Assembly: GCA_964016885.1 (NCBI GenBank)
Contig: OZ024755.1
Span: 5,642,001-5,706,000 of the forward strand
Reading direction: 5' to 3'
DNA from: Eledone cirrhosa
Lineage: Eukaryota
DNA length: 64,000 nucleotides
In this document: piece by piece, positions 25,870-39,246 of the stretch
How positions within the stretch are numbered: position 1 is the stretch's first letter
Layout of the letters: the number at the start of each line of letters is the position of its first letter
Notes under the pieces: model-generated
The model's input: only the letters and a program-made list of their open reading frames with translations
What the model was told of the DNA's origin: nothing
Database searches by the model: none
Made by a program: the position numbers and the translations under genes

Positions 25870-26689
25870 TACACACACACACTCAACATCAATTACAATG
25901 GAGTCCACCTCTTCTCAATCTCCCTTTGTGTTGGGTACACAAAGTCATCATGTCTGAAATGTTCTCAGATCTCTCCAACGTAACCCGACCAAGATTCCGC
26001 ACAGTGAACTTTCTATTAATCTTTAAACGGTGTAACTTCAAAAGTAGTCCTGTGTTAACGAAATCTATTCAATCATACTTTCTTTGCAGGATCATACCTA
26101 TCTGTGGGAACACTCGACAATGTGTCCTATTTTGAAGTAGTGTCACCTCTCTGACTCTCTTACAGATCACTCTACAGTGATCTGTTATAGAAACAGATGT
26201 GAAAAAAAAGTAACCAATTTCTTTATCACATTTTGCTTCATTTCTCTTTGCAATCCAGTTTCTGTAAAGCGAAGATCTATTTCATATTTCTTCGATTACA
26301 TCAGGTAGTAAATGTTTCTTCCTTCTGAAAATATCTGAGTAAGAAATATTGTTACCTTTGCTGTTAATAGCGAACTTTACACCATGTCTCACACGAAAAC
26401 CTCCGCCTATTATTATATATCCGTCTCTCCTCTTTTGATCGGAACTGTTCAGTCAACTTTCTCCCTCGCAATTTAGAGTGACGAGCCCCAACCCATATTT
26501 AGTAAAAAAAAAATGGTTTAACTCCATATTTTGACAAAATGAAAGAAATTTAAGACCAGAAAAAGAAAAGGCACAAAAAATCGATAGTCATTGAGGAAGT
26601 CACAGTAGGTGTAACGAAAGAGCTTTGACGGAAAGTGAAAGTTATATGGTGCGTCTGTTCAATTGGCAAAATGACTACCCCCAAATATT

Positions 26690-26738
<49 letters not shown>

Positions 26739-27021
26739 GCGCGTGTATTTGTGTTTTAGTACTGATATATATGTGTGTGTGTGGGGGGGGGGTATATACT
26801 TGTACATAGCCCTAAACATAGACTTATGCGTATACATACACACATAAAACAACACAATACTAGATATTTGCATTCATGCCCACACTCATACACACATCAA
26901 AACATACATATACGTACATATGCAGGTTTGCCCATCCTACTCACACATAATACAAAAATATATAAATATCAGAGTACGTTTTGATTTTGGCAACGGCTGC
27001 TACAACGCATGTTAACTATAA

Positions 27022-27123
27022 AATAATTGTTTCTACTTTTGGCACAAGGTCATGAAATACACCAGTACATTACTGGTACTTTATTTTATCGACCCCGTAA
27101 GGATGAAAGGCAAAGTTAACCTC
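27022..27123 (-). mobile_element. SINE S1 3' half
   Basis: Only the S1 core and tail are present. Confidence 0.85.
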
Positions 27124-27728
27124 AAAATAATAGAATAGAATCAGAGAGTTATACCCTAGGGACGTATTGCCTCTACAGATGCGGTAAAATGGCTTTCCGA
27201 CGTTTGGCAGAGGTCAGGCGTGATACCTGCAAGAGGTTCTGTTCACTACGTTAATCCCCGAGGAGTTATCTACCAATTATATGAAAATATTCTAAACTTA
27301 ATATGACTTGTAGAAGCCTATGCAAAAGAGCAAAACATACTCTTAAGTTTCAATATTACTACATGCTCCTTAAGCACGGTATGTAACTGTATATATGTAT
27401 ATATATATACATATGTATGTATGCATATGTGTATATGTATCTTTATATACATATGTATGTATTCATATGTGTATATGTATGTGTACATACATATATACAT
27501 ACATATGTATGTGTATATATGTATATGTACGTATATGTATATATGTATATGTACACATATGTATATATGTATGTATACATATGTATATATGTATGTAAAC
27601 ATACATATATGTATGTAAACATACATATATGTATGTACATACATATATACATATGTATGTATACATATATACATATGTATACATATATATATGTATATAT
27701 ACATATGTGTGTGTGTTTATATATGCAA

Positions 27729-27765
<37 letters not shown>

Positions 27766-27818
27766 TATCTCTCCCTCTATATATATCTATATGTGTATAT
27801 ATATCCTATCTCTCTCTT

Positions 27819-27900
<82 letters not shown>

Positions 27901-28133
27901 CTCTCTCGCTCTCATATATATACATATATAGATAGATAGATGCGGGAGATGTGGGTTAGGAGAAGAAGAAAGGAAGGTAGAGAAGGTAAGGTGAAAGAAG
28001 TAGTGAAGGGGGTGGGGGTTAAGGGGGTGGAATGGAGTTGGTTACCATGGGGATAAGATAGTAATTAAAACTACAGTGCAATCATTTCCGTTATGTCACA
28101 TCCACGGCAACGTCTCCCTCGTTGGTTGAGAAC

Positions 28134-28280
28134 CAGTAGTAGTAGTAGTAGTAGTAGTAGTAGCAACAGTAGCAGCAATAGTAGTAGTAGTAGTAGTGTC
28201 AGTAGTAGTAGCAACAGTAGCAGCAATAGTAGTAGTAGTAGTGTCAGTAGTAGTAGTAGTAGTAGCAACAGTAGCAGCAA

Positions 28281-28315
<35 letters not shown>

Positions 28316-29035
28316 TCAGTAGTAGTAGCAACAGTAGCAGCAATAGTAGTAGTAGTGTCAGTAGTAGTAGCAACAGTAGCAGCAATAGTAGTAGTAGTAG
28401 TAGTAGTAGTAGTAGCAACAGTAGCAGCAATAGTAGTAGTAGTAGTGTCAGTAGTAGTAGTAGTAGTAGCAACACCAGCAGTAGTAGCAGCAGTAGTAGT
28501 AGTAGCAGCAGTAGTAGTAGCAGCAGTAGTAGTAGCAGTAGTAGTAGCAGTAGTAGTAGTAGTAGTAGCAGTAGTAGCAGAGCAGTAGCAGTAGTAGTTG
28601 TAGCAGTAGTAGTAGTAGTAGTAGTAGTAGCAGCAGTAGTAGTACTAGTAGTAGTAGTAGCAATTGTAGTAGTAGCAGCAACACTAGTAGTAGCAACAGC
28701 AATAAAAGTAGCAGCAGCAGTAGTAGTAGTAGTAGCAGCAGCAGTAGTAGTAGTAGTAGCAGCAGCAGTAGTAGTAGTAGTAGCAGCAGCAGTAGTAGTA
28801 GTAGTAGCAGCAGTAATAATAGTAGTAGCAGCAGTAATAGTAGTAGTAGCAGCAGTAATAGTAGTAGTAGCAGTAGTAGTAGTAGTAGTAATAGTAGCAA
28901 CAGCAGCAGCAATAGCACTAGTAGTAGCAGTAGTAGTAGTAGCAGCAGCATTAGTACCAGCACCAGTAGTAGTAGCACTAGTAGTAACAGCAGTTCTAGC
29001 AACAGTAGTAATAGTAGTAGTAGTAGCAGCAGCAT
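28134..29035. repeat. (TAG/CAG)n compound trinucleotide repeat
   Basis: Seen directly. Confidence 0.95.
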
Positions 29036-29102
29036 TAGCGTCGGTGGTGCCCATGTATTTCAGTAGTTGCAGTCATAGTATTGTTGTTAGATAGTGCCTG
29101 GG

Positions 29103-29149
<47 letters not shown>

Positions 29150-29228
29150 GTATACACACGTGTATGTATACATACATGCATGCATCTATCCATCCACCAT
29201 CCAGCCATACATGCATATATATATATAT

Positions 29229-29494
29229 AGTGGGACTGGCTTTGTGCAGTGCCTTTGCTCACTATAAAAGCTTCACGACACAGGCATTGCTTTATATCTG
29301 GAGATCTCTCTGCACTTGTCGTCACATGGTACCATGGGCCCAGCACTATGTGTCTATAATTGTCACAAGTGTCGTGTTTGTACCAGAGTTTTCAAGTCGC
29401 TGGCTGGACTAAAACTCGTTCAGCGCATCGGTAGGGTTTCTCCTACATGGATATAAAGTAGTGGCCGTACTCGAAAACGTGTTGGCAGCCACCA
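29229..29494. mobile_element. Young ~265-bp dispersed repeat family G
   Basis: Nearly identical to 44923-45195 (agtgggactggctttgtgcagtgcc ... ggccgtactcgaaaacg.gttggcagccacca). It is flanked by TA microsatellite. Confidence 0.9.
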
Positions 29495-29505
29495 TATATA
29501 TATAT

Positions 29506-29686
29506 AACAAAGGAATTGTGGTAAGGAACCAGATGGATCATAACGCACCAGAGTACTCAATACTTAGGGTAGTAGAGTGGGTAATAAGAAAATGGTAGAC
29601 CCCGAGGGCAGAGCTCAAGGCGTTTCGGCGGCTATTTCTAGTCCAGAAATAGCCGTCGAAACGGCTTGAGCTCTGCCATTTTCCTA
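29506..29686 (-). mobile_element. TA-embedded fold-back element family A
   Basis: Family A tail (reverse) followed by the palindrome ggcagagctcaagg.cgtttcg.cggctatttct / agaaatagccgtcgaaacggcttgagctctgcc. Confidence 0.88.
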
Positions 29687-29751
29687 TATATATATATATT
29701 ATAATAAAATAACAGGAGGCTGGACTTGTGTAAATCCTTGAAACGTTTATT

Positions 29752-29809
29752 ATACTATGATCATTTCAATGACCGGGTTCCGTATGATTCCGGTGATATC
29801 ATCAGGTAT
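29752..29809 (-). ncRNA. Minimal type I hammerhead ribozyme
   Basis: Minus strand: AUAC-CUGAUGA-U AUcACCGG aaucauacggaac CCGGUcAU U-GAAA-U GAUC AUA-GUAU. Stem III is palindromic (AUGAUCAU), and the insert lies between TA tracts. Confidence 0.75.
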
Positions 29810-29814
29810 TCGAA

Positions 29815-29844
<30 letters not shown>

Positions 29845-29846
<2 letters not shown>

Positions 29847-30111
29847 CCATGTAGGGGCTCCCACAAGAGCACTGAGTGCAATGTCAACTCTGGATGTCGG
29901 TGAACATGTCCAGCTAACCTCAGTCTCCTCTGTGTCACTTTTGAGCTGACTTTTGGGACACACTGGAAGAGGAAGACCAAGGTTAACGTATGTTGATGCC
30001 CTAAGGACAGACACTGGTCTGTTGGAGACGCAGGATATGGCAACGATAATGAGGGACAGAGGCCGCTGGAGAGAACTCGTCCATGGATGTTGGGAATTTT
30101 ACCCGCCCTAG
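29845..30111 (+). mobile_element. RTE-clade LINE 3' fragment with 5' inversion
   Basis: Same family as 7352-7600. The segment 29845-~29955 is antisense and ~29956-30111 is sense. Confidence 0.88.
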
Positions 30112-30123
30112 AATATGTGTGAA

Positions 30124-30338
30124 TGAAGTAATTCCGGCGGAGAGGTCCAGGAAAAAAGAGTGCTCTATGTAGGTTACAGAGCTTATTAGTTATGTAATAA
30201 ACATAAGATAATTATTTCATTTACCAGTGGTTCCTTGAAAGCAAACAAATCTGCTTTCAGTCGTCAGAATGAAAACATCGTGGTGTTTTTGAACCACTGG
30301 CAAATGAAATAATTATCTTATGTTGTTTATTACATAAC

Positions 30339-30340
<2 letters not shown>
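30124..30340 (-). mobile_element. TA-associated fold-back element family F with hammerhead
   Basis: Inverted arms tagttatgtaataaac..ataagataattatttcatttaccagtggttc (30187-30233 and 30291-30340) with a tail at 30124-30186. Homologous to 60536-60762. Confidence 0.88.
30215..30274 (-). ncRNA. Hammerhead ribozyme (family F), core slightly decayed
   Basis: Minus strand: UUUCAUU-CUGACGA-C UGAAAGCAGA uuug UUUGCUUUCA ag-GAAC CACUG GUA-AAUGAAA. Stem I is 7 bp and stem II is 10 bp, but GAAA reads GAAC. Confidence 0.62.
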
Positions 30341-30427
<87 letters not shown>

Positions 30428-30494
30428 GTAGAAATACACATGAAGGTGAAAATACATCCCCACACTTACCCTCATATAAACCTTATATATACAT

Positions 30495-31001
30495 ACATGT
30501 GTGTTTATCATATATATATACATGTGTGTTTATCATATATATATACATGTGTGTTTATCATATATATATATACATGTGTGTTTATCATATATATATACAT
30601 GTGTGTTTATCATATATATATATATACGTGTGTTTATCATATATATATATACATGTGTGTTTATCATATATATACATGTGTGTTTATCATATATATATAT
30701 ACATGTGTGTTTATCATATATATACATGTGTGTTTATCATATATATATATACATGTGTGTTTATCATATATATATATACATGTGTGTTTATCAATATATA
30801 TATACATGTGTGTTTATCATATACATATATATACATGTGTGTTTATCATATATATATATATATATATACGTGTGTTTATCATATATACATATATATACAT
30901 GTGTGTTTATCATATATACATATATATACATGTGTGTTTATCATATATATATATATATACATGTGTGTTTATCATATATATATATATATACATGTGTGTT
31001 T

Positions 31002-31036
<35 letters not shown>

Positions 31037-31213
31037 GTGTGTTTATCATATATACATATATATACATGTGTGTTTATCATATATATATATATATATACAT
31101 GTGTGTTTATCATATATATATATATACATGTGTGTTTATCATATATACATATATATACATGTGTGTTTATCATATATATATATATATATATACATATATA
31201 TACATGTGTGTTT

Positions 31214-31258
<45 letters not shown>

Positions 31259-31420
31259 GTGTGTTTATCATATATACATATATATACATATGTGTTTATC
31301 ATATATACATATATATACATGTGTTTATCATATATATATATATATATATATACATGTGTATTTATCATATACATATATATGTACATGTGTGTTTATCATA
31401 TACATATATATGTACATATC
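30495..31420. repeat. Minisatellite catgtgtgtttatca(ta)n with variable-length TA spacer, about 30 copies
   Basis: Seen directly. Confidence 0.95.
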
Positions 31421-31448
31421 TAATGTTCATTTATTGTATATATGCCTA

Positions 31449-31521
<73 letters not shown>

Positions 31522-31689
31522 ACTATCTTACTACACTCCTCACTGCCATACACACGTGTGTGTCTGTGTGTGTGTGTGTGTGCACGTGTGTGTGTGTATG
31601 CATGTGTGTGTGTGTGTGTGTCAGATCTCCGTCGATTCCAACGATGTGCGTCCAAGTGAGTCCCACTTGATCAAAGTGTAAAGAAAACT

Positions 31690-31866
31690 GTACAAGAGCG
31701 CCGACCCTTTGAATTACATGTACAACTCATTTGTTACCAGCAAAGTGAACTGGAGCAACGTGAAAACAAAAATGTCTTGCTCAAGGACAGAACGCATTAG
31801 TGAGAATTGAACACACGACCTTAGGATTGTGAGTTGAACTCACTGATCCCTAAGCTGTGCCCCTTC
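31690..31866 (-). mobile_element. SINE family S2, diverged
   Basis: Core ctggagcaacgtgaaa..tgtcttgctcaagga with a degenerate tRNA head. Confidence 0.75.
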
Positions 31867-32135
31867 ATCACGCACAAATAATCAAACAAACAGACACACA
31901 TATACTACACACACACACACACACGTGCGTTGAGATACAATCATAACTGAAGTCCTTATACCCAGTCACGTTCACGCATCCTACTTAGGGTTTTAATACA
32001 TAACATTCGCCTAATACAGCGGCTTTCCTACGACTAAAATTCAGTTTGGAGGCTTTAGAAAATCAACTAACTAAATATACAAATGTATCAATATATATAA
32101 ATACAAATATACCTATATATATATATATATATACA

Positions 32136-32201
<66 letters not shown>

Positions 32202-32769
32202 TGAGATGAGATTAGAAAAATAAAATTAAAGAAAAACATCAAAGCAATAAAATATTAACTAAAGAAAGAAAATAGAATAAAAATAATAAAAAAATAAAAA
32301 TAATTGTAATGGAATAGAGAGAGATCAATATTTTTCTGGAAATTTCGAAAAATGTTGATGCCTCTTGTCTCCATTTTTTCGCGAACGCTAAACCATATGG
32401 CATTCCAGAGGATGGAAAGCATCGTGACACACAAGTCGTAGCGACTACGGTTTCCGATATATTTTCTTAAAAAAGAAATTAAAGAATAAAACATCTAAAA
32501 AGGAAGGAACACACACACACACACACACAGTCCCCACCCCTACACACACTCAGCCACCTCCACCTCTACACACATTCAGTCATCACCCCCACCCCCCCCA
32601 CCCCACACACGTTCATTTAAAAAAAAAAATCAATTCTGGACCTTTTGATACTGTGTGTTTTTAAAGAATGTTTTCTTTGCATAGTCCAAAGAAGTTATAA
32701 CTGCCAGAAGTATTTTTTGATATGTCAACATGAATGGACCTGTTATTTTTATCTAAAGACATTTCTTCC

Positions 32770-32932
32770 AATTCCAACCCGCCCCTCCCTTCAATCTATC
32801 TTATTTCTCATTCTTTCTTCTGATGAAGGACTAGCTTCCGAAACGTCCACACCCTTTTCCTGCTATTTCAAGCGTTAACCTAATATATTCCTTTTATATA
32901 CTATACCGATTGTGTTGTTATTTCTGTTTACC

Positions 32933-32940
<8 letters not shown>
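32770..32940 (+). mobile_element. Family H PLE-like terminal fragment with hammerhead-like core at 32820-32847
   Basis: CTGATGA-AGGA ctagct TCC-GAAAC GTC followed by the family H tail ending in (TA)n. Stem I is not evident in this copy. Confidence 0.65.
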
Positions 32941-32979
<39 letters not shown>

Positions 32980-32982
<3 letters not shown>

Positions 32983-33082
32983 GGTGTCCCTAAAAATGTA
33001 TGCACACTTCAACAGCATTCTAATAAATATTGCCTGTACTCAAAGGGAATCAAAGTGTGTTTACACTTTTTGGAGACACCCT
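32980..33082. mobile_element. Tc1/mariner-type MITE
   Basis: TIRs cagggtgtccctaaaaatgtatgcacactt / aagtgtgtttacactttttggagacaccctg with TA on both sides. Confidence 0.85.
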
Positions 33083-33839
33083 GTATTGTTTGATGTGGCA
33101 AAATGTCAAGCTTCTGTGCCTGGTCCAGTCCAATATTTACCCTAAGGTGTCGACGAAATCAACTTCTGTTGTGATATTGTGTCTAACTTGTCTCTGAAAA
33201 GAACTGGTTTTGTCCATTAAATCAAAATATAGCTAGAAAGATATTGTCTAATCTCGACTGGAAGCTCTTTGACTAAGGAGTTGATCGACCAAAGAAAACG
33301 ATACAAGAAGCTTTTGTATTTTTTTCTTTTCTTTTTTAGAAATGTTTTTATCTCTCCTTTACAACTGTGACAAACATTGGTAAAAATCGAAATATTTCTC
33401 TCACTCCCTCTTCATTGCTCGCATTGTTCAATACAGAAATATATTCTTTTCTTACGAATATTTAAGATATATAAAGTGGTGGGGAAATGTTACATCTATG
33501 CGGAAGTTATTGATACAGAAAAGTGAGGTGAAAGAGTGAATGGACATTTGCTTTGTTGTGCAAAAGTATATTACCAATAAAATATAATATTTATTTGGTT
33601 CTGATCGTTTTCTTGTCAATAAATATGGTAACAGTAAGCGGAAGTGAAACTGATCCGAATATATCTGTTGCTCATCTTGTTGGACACATTTAGCTCCTTA
33701 CATCCGGGAGTAGATATCTGTCATTGATCTTGTGACATATAATACTAGTGAGACCTATAAGTCTAGTGAGACCTGTCATTACATTCTTACTACAGTTCTT
33801 AAGACATTGCCTAAATGTAGTGGAATTAATATAGGTGAG

Positions 33840-34390
33840 TTGGATATATAATAATTATTGGGTGTATAATACTTATTGGATGTATAATAATTATTGGATG
33901 TATAATACTTATTGGATGTATAATAATTATTGGGTGTATAATAATTATTGGATATATAATAATTATTGGGTGTATAATAATTATTGGGTGTATAATAATT
34001 ATTGGATGTATAATAATTATTGGGTGTATAATAATTATTGGATGTATAATAATTATTGGATGTATAATAATTATTGGGTGTATAATAATTATTGGATGTA
34101 TAATAATTATTGGATGTATAATAATTATTGGGTGTATAATAATTATTGGATGTATAATAATTATTGGATGTATAATAATTATTGGGTGTATAGTAATTAT
34201 TGGGTGTATAATAATTATTGGATGTATAATAATTATTGGATGTATAATAATTATTGGGTGTATAATAATTATTGGGTGTATAATAATTATTGGATGTATA
34301 ATAATTATTGGGTGTATAATAATTATTGGGTGTATAATAATTATTGGGTGTATAATAATTATTGGGTGTATAATAATTATTGGGTGTATA
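33840..34390. repeat. 18-bp minisatellite tataataattattgg(g/a)tg, about 30 copies
   Basis: Seen directly. The unit contains the palindrome aataattatt and has two main variants. Confidence 0.97.
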
Positions 34391-34442
34391 AATACAGGTT
34401 AGTATATATTGTAGTATCATGTATAGTCAGACTTATATAGAT

Positions 34443-34635
34443 CAGTGGTTCCCAAATTGAGTTCCGCAGAGTCCAAGGGTTCTGCAAAAGAGTATTTGGG
34501 GTTCCGTGAAAAAAGGTAAAGGAGTATATTTACGTTACGACCATATAACAGTATTAGACTTTGGGGTTCCCCCCCCCAAAAAAAGGTTTCTGGACCAAAA
34601 AGGGTTGCGCGTTTGAAAAAGTTTGGTTAGCCCTG
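34443..34635. mobile_element. hAT (Charlie-like) MITE
   Basis: Ends are cagtggttcccaaa and gtttggttagccctg, with internal ggttcc(g/t) subterminal repeats. The TSD is degenerate (atatagat/atctaaac). Confidence 0.65.
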
Positions 34636-34675
34636 ATCTAAACCATCTGCATGTAATTTTAGTAGTATGATATCA

Positions 34676-34857
34676 AGTCTCGCTGAGGTTAGCTTTGTCT
34701 TTCATCATTACGGGTGTCGATAAAATAAAGTACCAGTAATGCATTGGGGTCGATTTAATCGACTTGACCCCCACCCCCACCCACCACCACCACAACACAA
34801 CAACCACCACCACAAAAAAGAACAAATATTTTGGCCTTGGGCTTAAACCAGAAACCA
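34676..34857 (+). mobile_element. SINE S1, 5' truncated
   Basis: S1 core and tail, with a C/A-rich expansion. Confidence 0.8.
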
Positions 34858-35257
34858 ACATTTGATTTTATAATGTATCACATACCCTTGAGGTGAAATA
34901 TCATGTGATATTTGTCTTTCATATGATATTCAGTGGATATATCTGTCTCTTACATAAATCGCTTGAGTGATATCGTGTGTTATATTCATCTGATCGGTGA
35001 AGTAATCATGTGATATTCCTTATGTGTTTTATGTCATCCATTGTTTGGTGCGATAACCAAATGGTATTTGTCCATTATCTGATCATCAATGATGTGTCAT
35101 GTGATATTTGTTGTCCATCAGTTGAGCATGATATCGTTTGCTATCATATGATATCGTATGATAATCTGTTGTCATTTTGATCGGGAAAAGATATTCATGT
35201 TTGCTGTCCTACTGATTGCTAAGATATCCTGTGGCATATTGCTATCCATCTCTTTGG

Positions 35258-35307
<50 letters not shown>

Positions 35308-35775
35308 ATATACACACACATACAGACAGACACAGACACACATATATACATATACACACACATATATATATATACACAGACAGACCCACAAATATATGTG
35401 TTTGTGTACGTGTGTTTGTGTGTGTGTATACGCTTGCCTTGTATTATTTGCCGTTTATCTGACCAATGACATTATGTCTGACACATCATGTGATATCATG
35501 TGATATCGGAATATCCGAAGTCATGAGATCAACCTAATAGACCGAATGTATCCTGATATCCTTGCCAGATATCCTTCTAGATACAATACAATATAGGTTA
35601 TCTTTGGTCAGCTTTCGTGGAGAAGGAATGACCAAGTTTTGAAATATATCGAAACGGTCGACCCCCTCCCCTGCCAGAACCTAGGACTCACCCGCTGGTT
35701 TCAACAATAAGTATTTCAGTTGTGCAATCAACGGAACTTCTAACTCGTGAAATACGGAGTGAGTAGTTCAGTTTT

Positions 35776-36137
35776 CCACAGACACGTGTACCCCGAATGT
35801 AATTCCACAAATATCTTTACCCCTAATGTAACTCTACAGAGACCTATAATGTAACTCCATAGGCACCTCTATCCCTAATATAATTCCACAGACTCGTGTA
35901 CCCCGAATGTAATTCCACACATATCTTTACCCCTAATGTAACTCTACAGAGACCTATAATGTAACTCCATAGGGACCTCTATCCCTAATATAATTCCACA
36001 GACTCGTGTACCCCGAATGTAATTCCACAAATATCTTTACCCCTAATGTAACTCTACAGAGACCTCTAATGTAACTCCATAGGCACCTCTATTCCTAATA
36101 TAATTCCACAGACACGTGTACCTCTAATGTAACTCCC
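35776..36137. repeat. 110-bp higher-order tandem repeat, about 3.3 copies
   Basis: Units start at 35776, 35886, 35996 and 36106. Each is made of four diverged ~23-29-bp subunits ccacagacacgtgtacccc.aatgtaa.t. Confidence 0.92.
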
Positions 36138-36761
36138 AAGTCCAATCAGCGTGACCCAACATGTGATAAAATTGGCATTAAAATGGAAGATATGGTGTTG
36201 TGACGTTGCTGAGATGTTGTAAAGATGTTATCATATATAGTGTTGTGAAGACATTGGGTGTGGTTGTTAAGATAGTAGTGATGTTTTGGAAATATGTTCA
36301 GGTGATTATCTGGCTTCGTGGAGTTGTAAAGTTTGGAATATGTGATGTGATATGTTCCCAACACCACATATTATCTTCACAACACACATGATGTTGTGAA
36401 GATATGTAGACGGTTATTGGATGTTGTGAAGATGGTGAATGGATGTGAATGGTAAGATATTAACAAAAATATATGTGTTTGTGAAAATTTGTAGATGGTG
36501 ATGTGTGGTGTTGTGAAAGTGTTAAGTTCTAAATATGTGGTGTTTAGAAGATGTTATCTTTGGGTATGGTGAAGGTGTGGTATTGTGAAGATCTTAATAT
36601 TTGGTGTTGTGGAAATGTTAACATGGATATACGTGAAGTTGTGAAGATATATACGTGGATGTTAATAGGTTATTGTGAAGATGGTGTGTAGTGTTTTGAT
36701 GGTGTTAAATTTCAGATATGTAGTATCGTAAAGACATTAATACGATGCTATTTGATGTGAC

Positions 36762-37785
36762 ATAGTGATATTTTCTGTTGTGGTAATGTGTACACAGTGA
36801 TATTTTGTGTTGTGGTAATGTGTTCACAGTGATATTTTGTGTTGTGGTAATGTATCCACAGTGATATTTTGTGTTGTGGTAATGTGTTCACAGTGATATT
36901 TTGTGTTGTGGTAATGTGTTCACAGTGATATTTTGTGTTGTGGTAATGTGTTCACAGTGATATTTTGTGTTGTGGTAATGTATCCACAGTGATATTTTGT
37001 GTTGTGGTAATGTGTACACAGTGATATTTTGTGTTGTGGTAATGTGTTCACAGAGATATTTTGTGTTGTGGTAATGTGTTCACAGTGATATTTTGTGTTG
37101 TGGTAATGTGTTCACAGTGATATTTTGTGTTGTGGTAATGTGTTCACAGTGATATTTTGTGTTGTGGTAATGTATCCACAGTGATATTTTGTGTTGTGGT
37201 AATGTGTTCACAGTGATATTTTGTGTTGTGGTAATGTGTTCACAGTGATATTTTGTGTTGTGGTAATGTGTTCACAGTGATATTTTGTGTTGTGGTAATG
37301 TGTTCACAGAGATATTTTGTGTTGTGGTAATGTATCCACAGTGATATTTTGTGTTGTGGTAATGTGCTCACAGTGATATTTTGTGTTGTGGTAATGTGTT
37401 CACAGTGATATTTTGTGTTGTGGTAATGTGTTCACAGTGATATTTTGTGTTGTGGTAATGTGTTCACAGTGATATTTTCTGTTGTGGTAATGTGTACAAA
37501 GTGATATTTTCTGTTGTGGTAATGTGTTCACAGTGATATTTTGTGTTGTGAAAATGTGTACACAGTGATATTTTCTGTTGTGGTAATGTGTTCACAGTGA
37601 TATTTTCTGTTGTGGTAATGTGTTCACAGTGATATTTTATGTTGTGGTAATGTGCTCACAGTGATATTTTGTGTTGTGGTAATGTGTTCACAGTGATATT
37701 TTGTGTTGTAGTAATGTGTTCACAGTGATATTTTGTGTTGTGAAAATGTGTACACAGTGATATTTTGTGTTGTGGTAATGTGCAC
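36762..37785. repeat. 32-bp minisatellite cacagtgatattttgtgttgtggtaatgtgtt, about 32 copies
   Basis: Seen directly. Confidence 0.97.
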
Positions 37786-38289
37786 ATGGTTTTTTGACGG
37801 ACGATTTTCACGTAGTTTTGTGGTGTAGATGTTGGTGTGCTGTGGTTTTATCAGGAAGATATTCTTTCAGGAGGTAATATGGTGTTGTGAAGGTGAGATA
37901 TTTCGGAGGAATGGTGTTACGTAACAATGATGTTGAAATAAATAATGGATGTGTTGTGTAACAAAAAATGTTGCTATGGTAATATATACCATTGTGCAGA
38001 TACTGATATTGTATATATATTGTCGAGACGGTGGTAATAACTGGTATAGGGAATATGTAATGGTGAATTGTTCTGTTGTGAAGATATTGGTATGGTAAAC
38101 AATCATCTTCAGAAATGGCTGGAATGGTTATATTAGTATTTGTAAAGATATTGTAATATTAACGAACTGAATTCTTGGATTAGAGATGGAGTTTATCATA
38201 GCCTATTGAGAAATAGTTTCCAGAAGGGCATGAACTCCACAACATCGCTATTATCATTGCGTTGATAGGAGAATTTCTGTAATACTCTA

Positions 38290-38860
38290 ATGTTAATGAT
38301 GATGATGATGATGATGATGATAAAGACGACACTCCCCTTCATCATTAACATCTTCAGCAGCAGCAGCAACGACAGCAGTATCAGCAGCAGTAGTAGCAGG
38401 AGCCGCAGTAGCAGCAGGAGCCGCAGTAGCAGCAGCAGCAGCAACGTCAACTATGTTGTCGTTGTCATTTATTGAATTTTTCTTTATCGGCATTGAAGTG
38501 TATTGATCAGTGAATGATGATGATGATGAAATCAATGGAGACGATGATGATGTCGATGATGATGATGATGTCGATGACAACGTTTACAGTGATGATGATG
38601 ATGATGATGACGACGATGACAACCTTTCGATGACGATGACAATGATGACAATGATGATGATGATGATGATGACAACGATGAAGACGATGACGATAACAAT
38701 AACGACGATGAAGACGATAACGACGATGAAGACAATAACGATGACAATAACGACGATGAAGACAATAACGACGATGAAGACGATAACGATGACAATAACG
38801 ATGACAATAACGACGATGAAGACGATAACGACGATGAAGACGATAACGACGATGACATGT
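38290..38860. repeat. (GAT/GAC/CAG)n compound repeat
   Basis: Seen directly. Confidence 0.92.
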
Positions 38861-39246
38861 ACAACAACAACTCTAATCTCGATAACAAGAATGATATCTA
38901 GAAGTTCACTTGTACAAGAAATGTGTAAAAGATGAAAACATTACCTCAGTTGACACCAGTAAATTACTGGTATTTACCATCCACTTCACTTCACGGTGGA
39001 CGTTAAACAGCGTCAGTTTTCTGTAGGTGTATTTCACACCAGAACTGTCGACGTCTACCTTGGAAATCAAGCATTCCTTGTGCCTTGTAATAATAATATC
39101 TGGCACTCACAAGACCTGAGTTGTCAGGTGAATATTAAATGGTGGTAAAACTGTTCAGGAAACCCACAGAATCCCGGATTGAGGACTTGGTTTACCTGAA
39201 AACCATTTGGGTTTCATACAAATAAAACAGCCAGCATTTGTAATAA

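Noticed and set aside
25900-26400. Possible hAT transposase relic (minus strand VRNLGRVTLER, similar to the RWLSRG.VL.R motif)
   Set aside because: It is a single weak motif amid stops and cannot be supported without BLASTX.
30440-31670. CRISPR-like look of the catgtgtgtttatca repeat with variable spacers, and its 300-390 aa ORFs
   Set aside because: The spacers are only (TA)n of variable length, the context is eukaryotic and there are no cas genes.
33779-34440. YTPNNY / YNNYW repeat ORFs
   Set aside because: These are translations of an 18-bp minisatellite on both strands.
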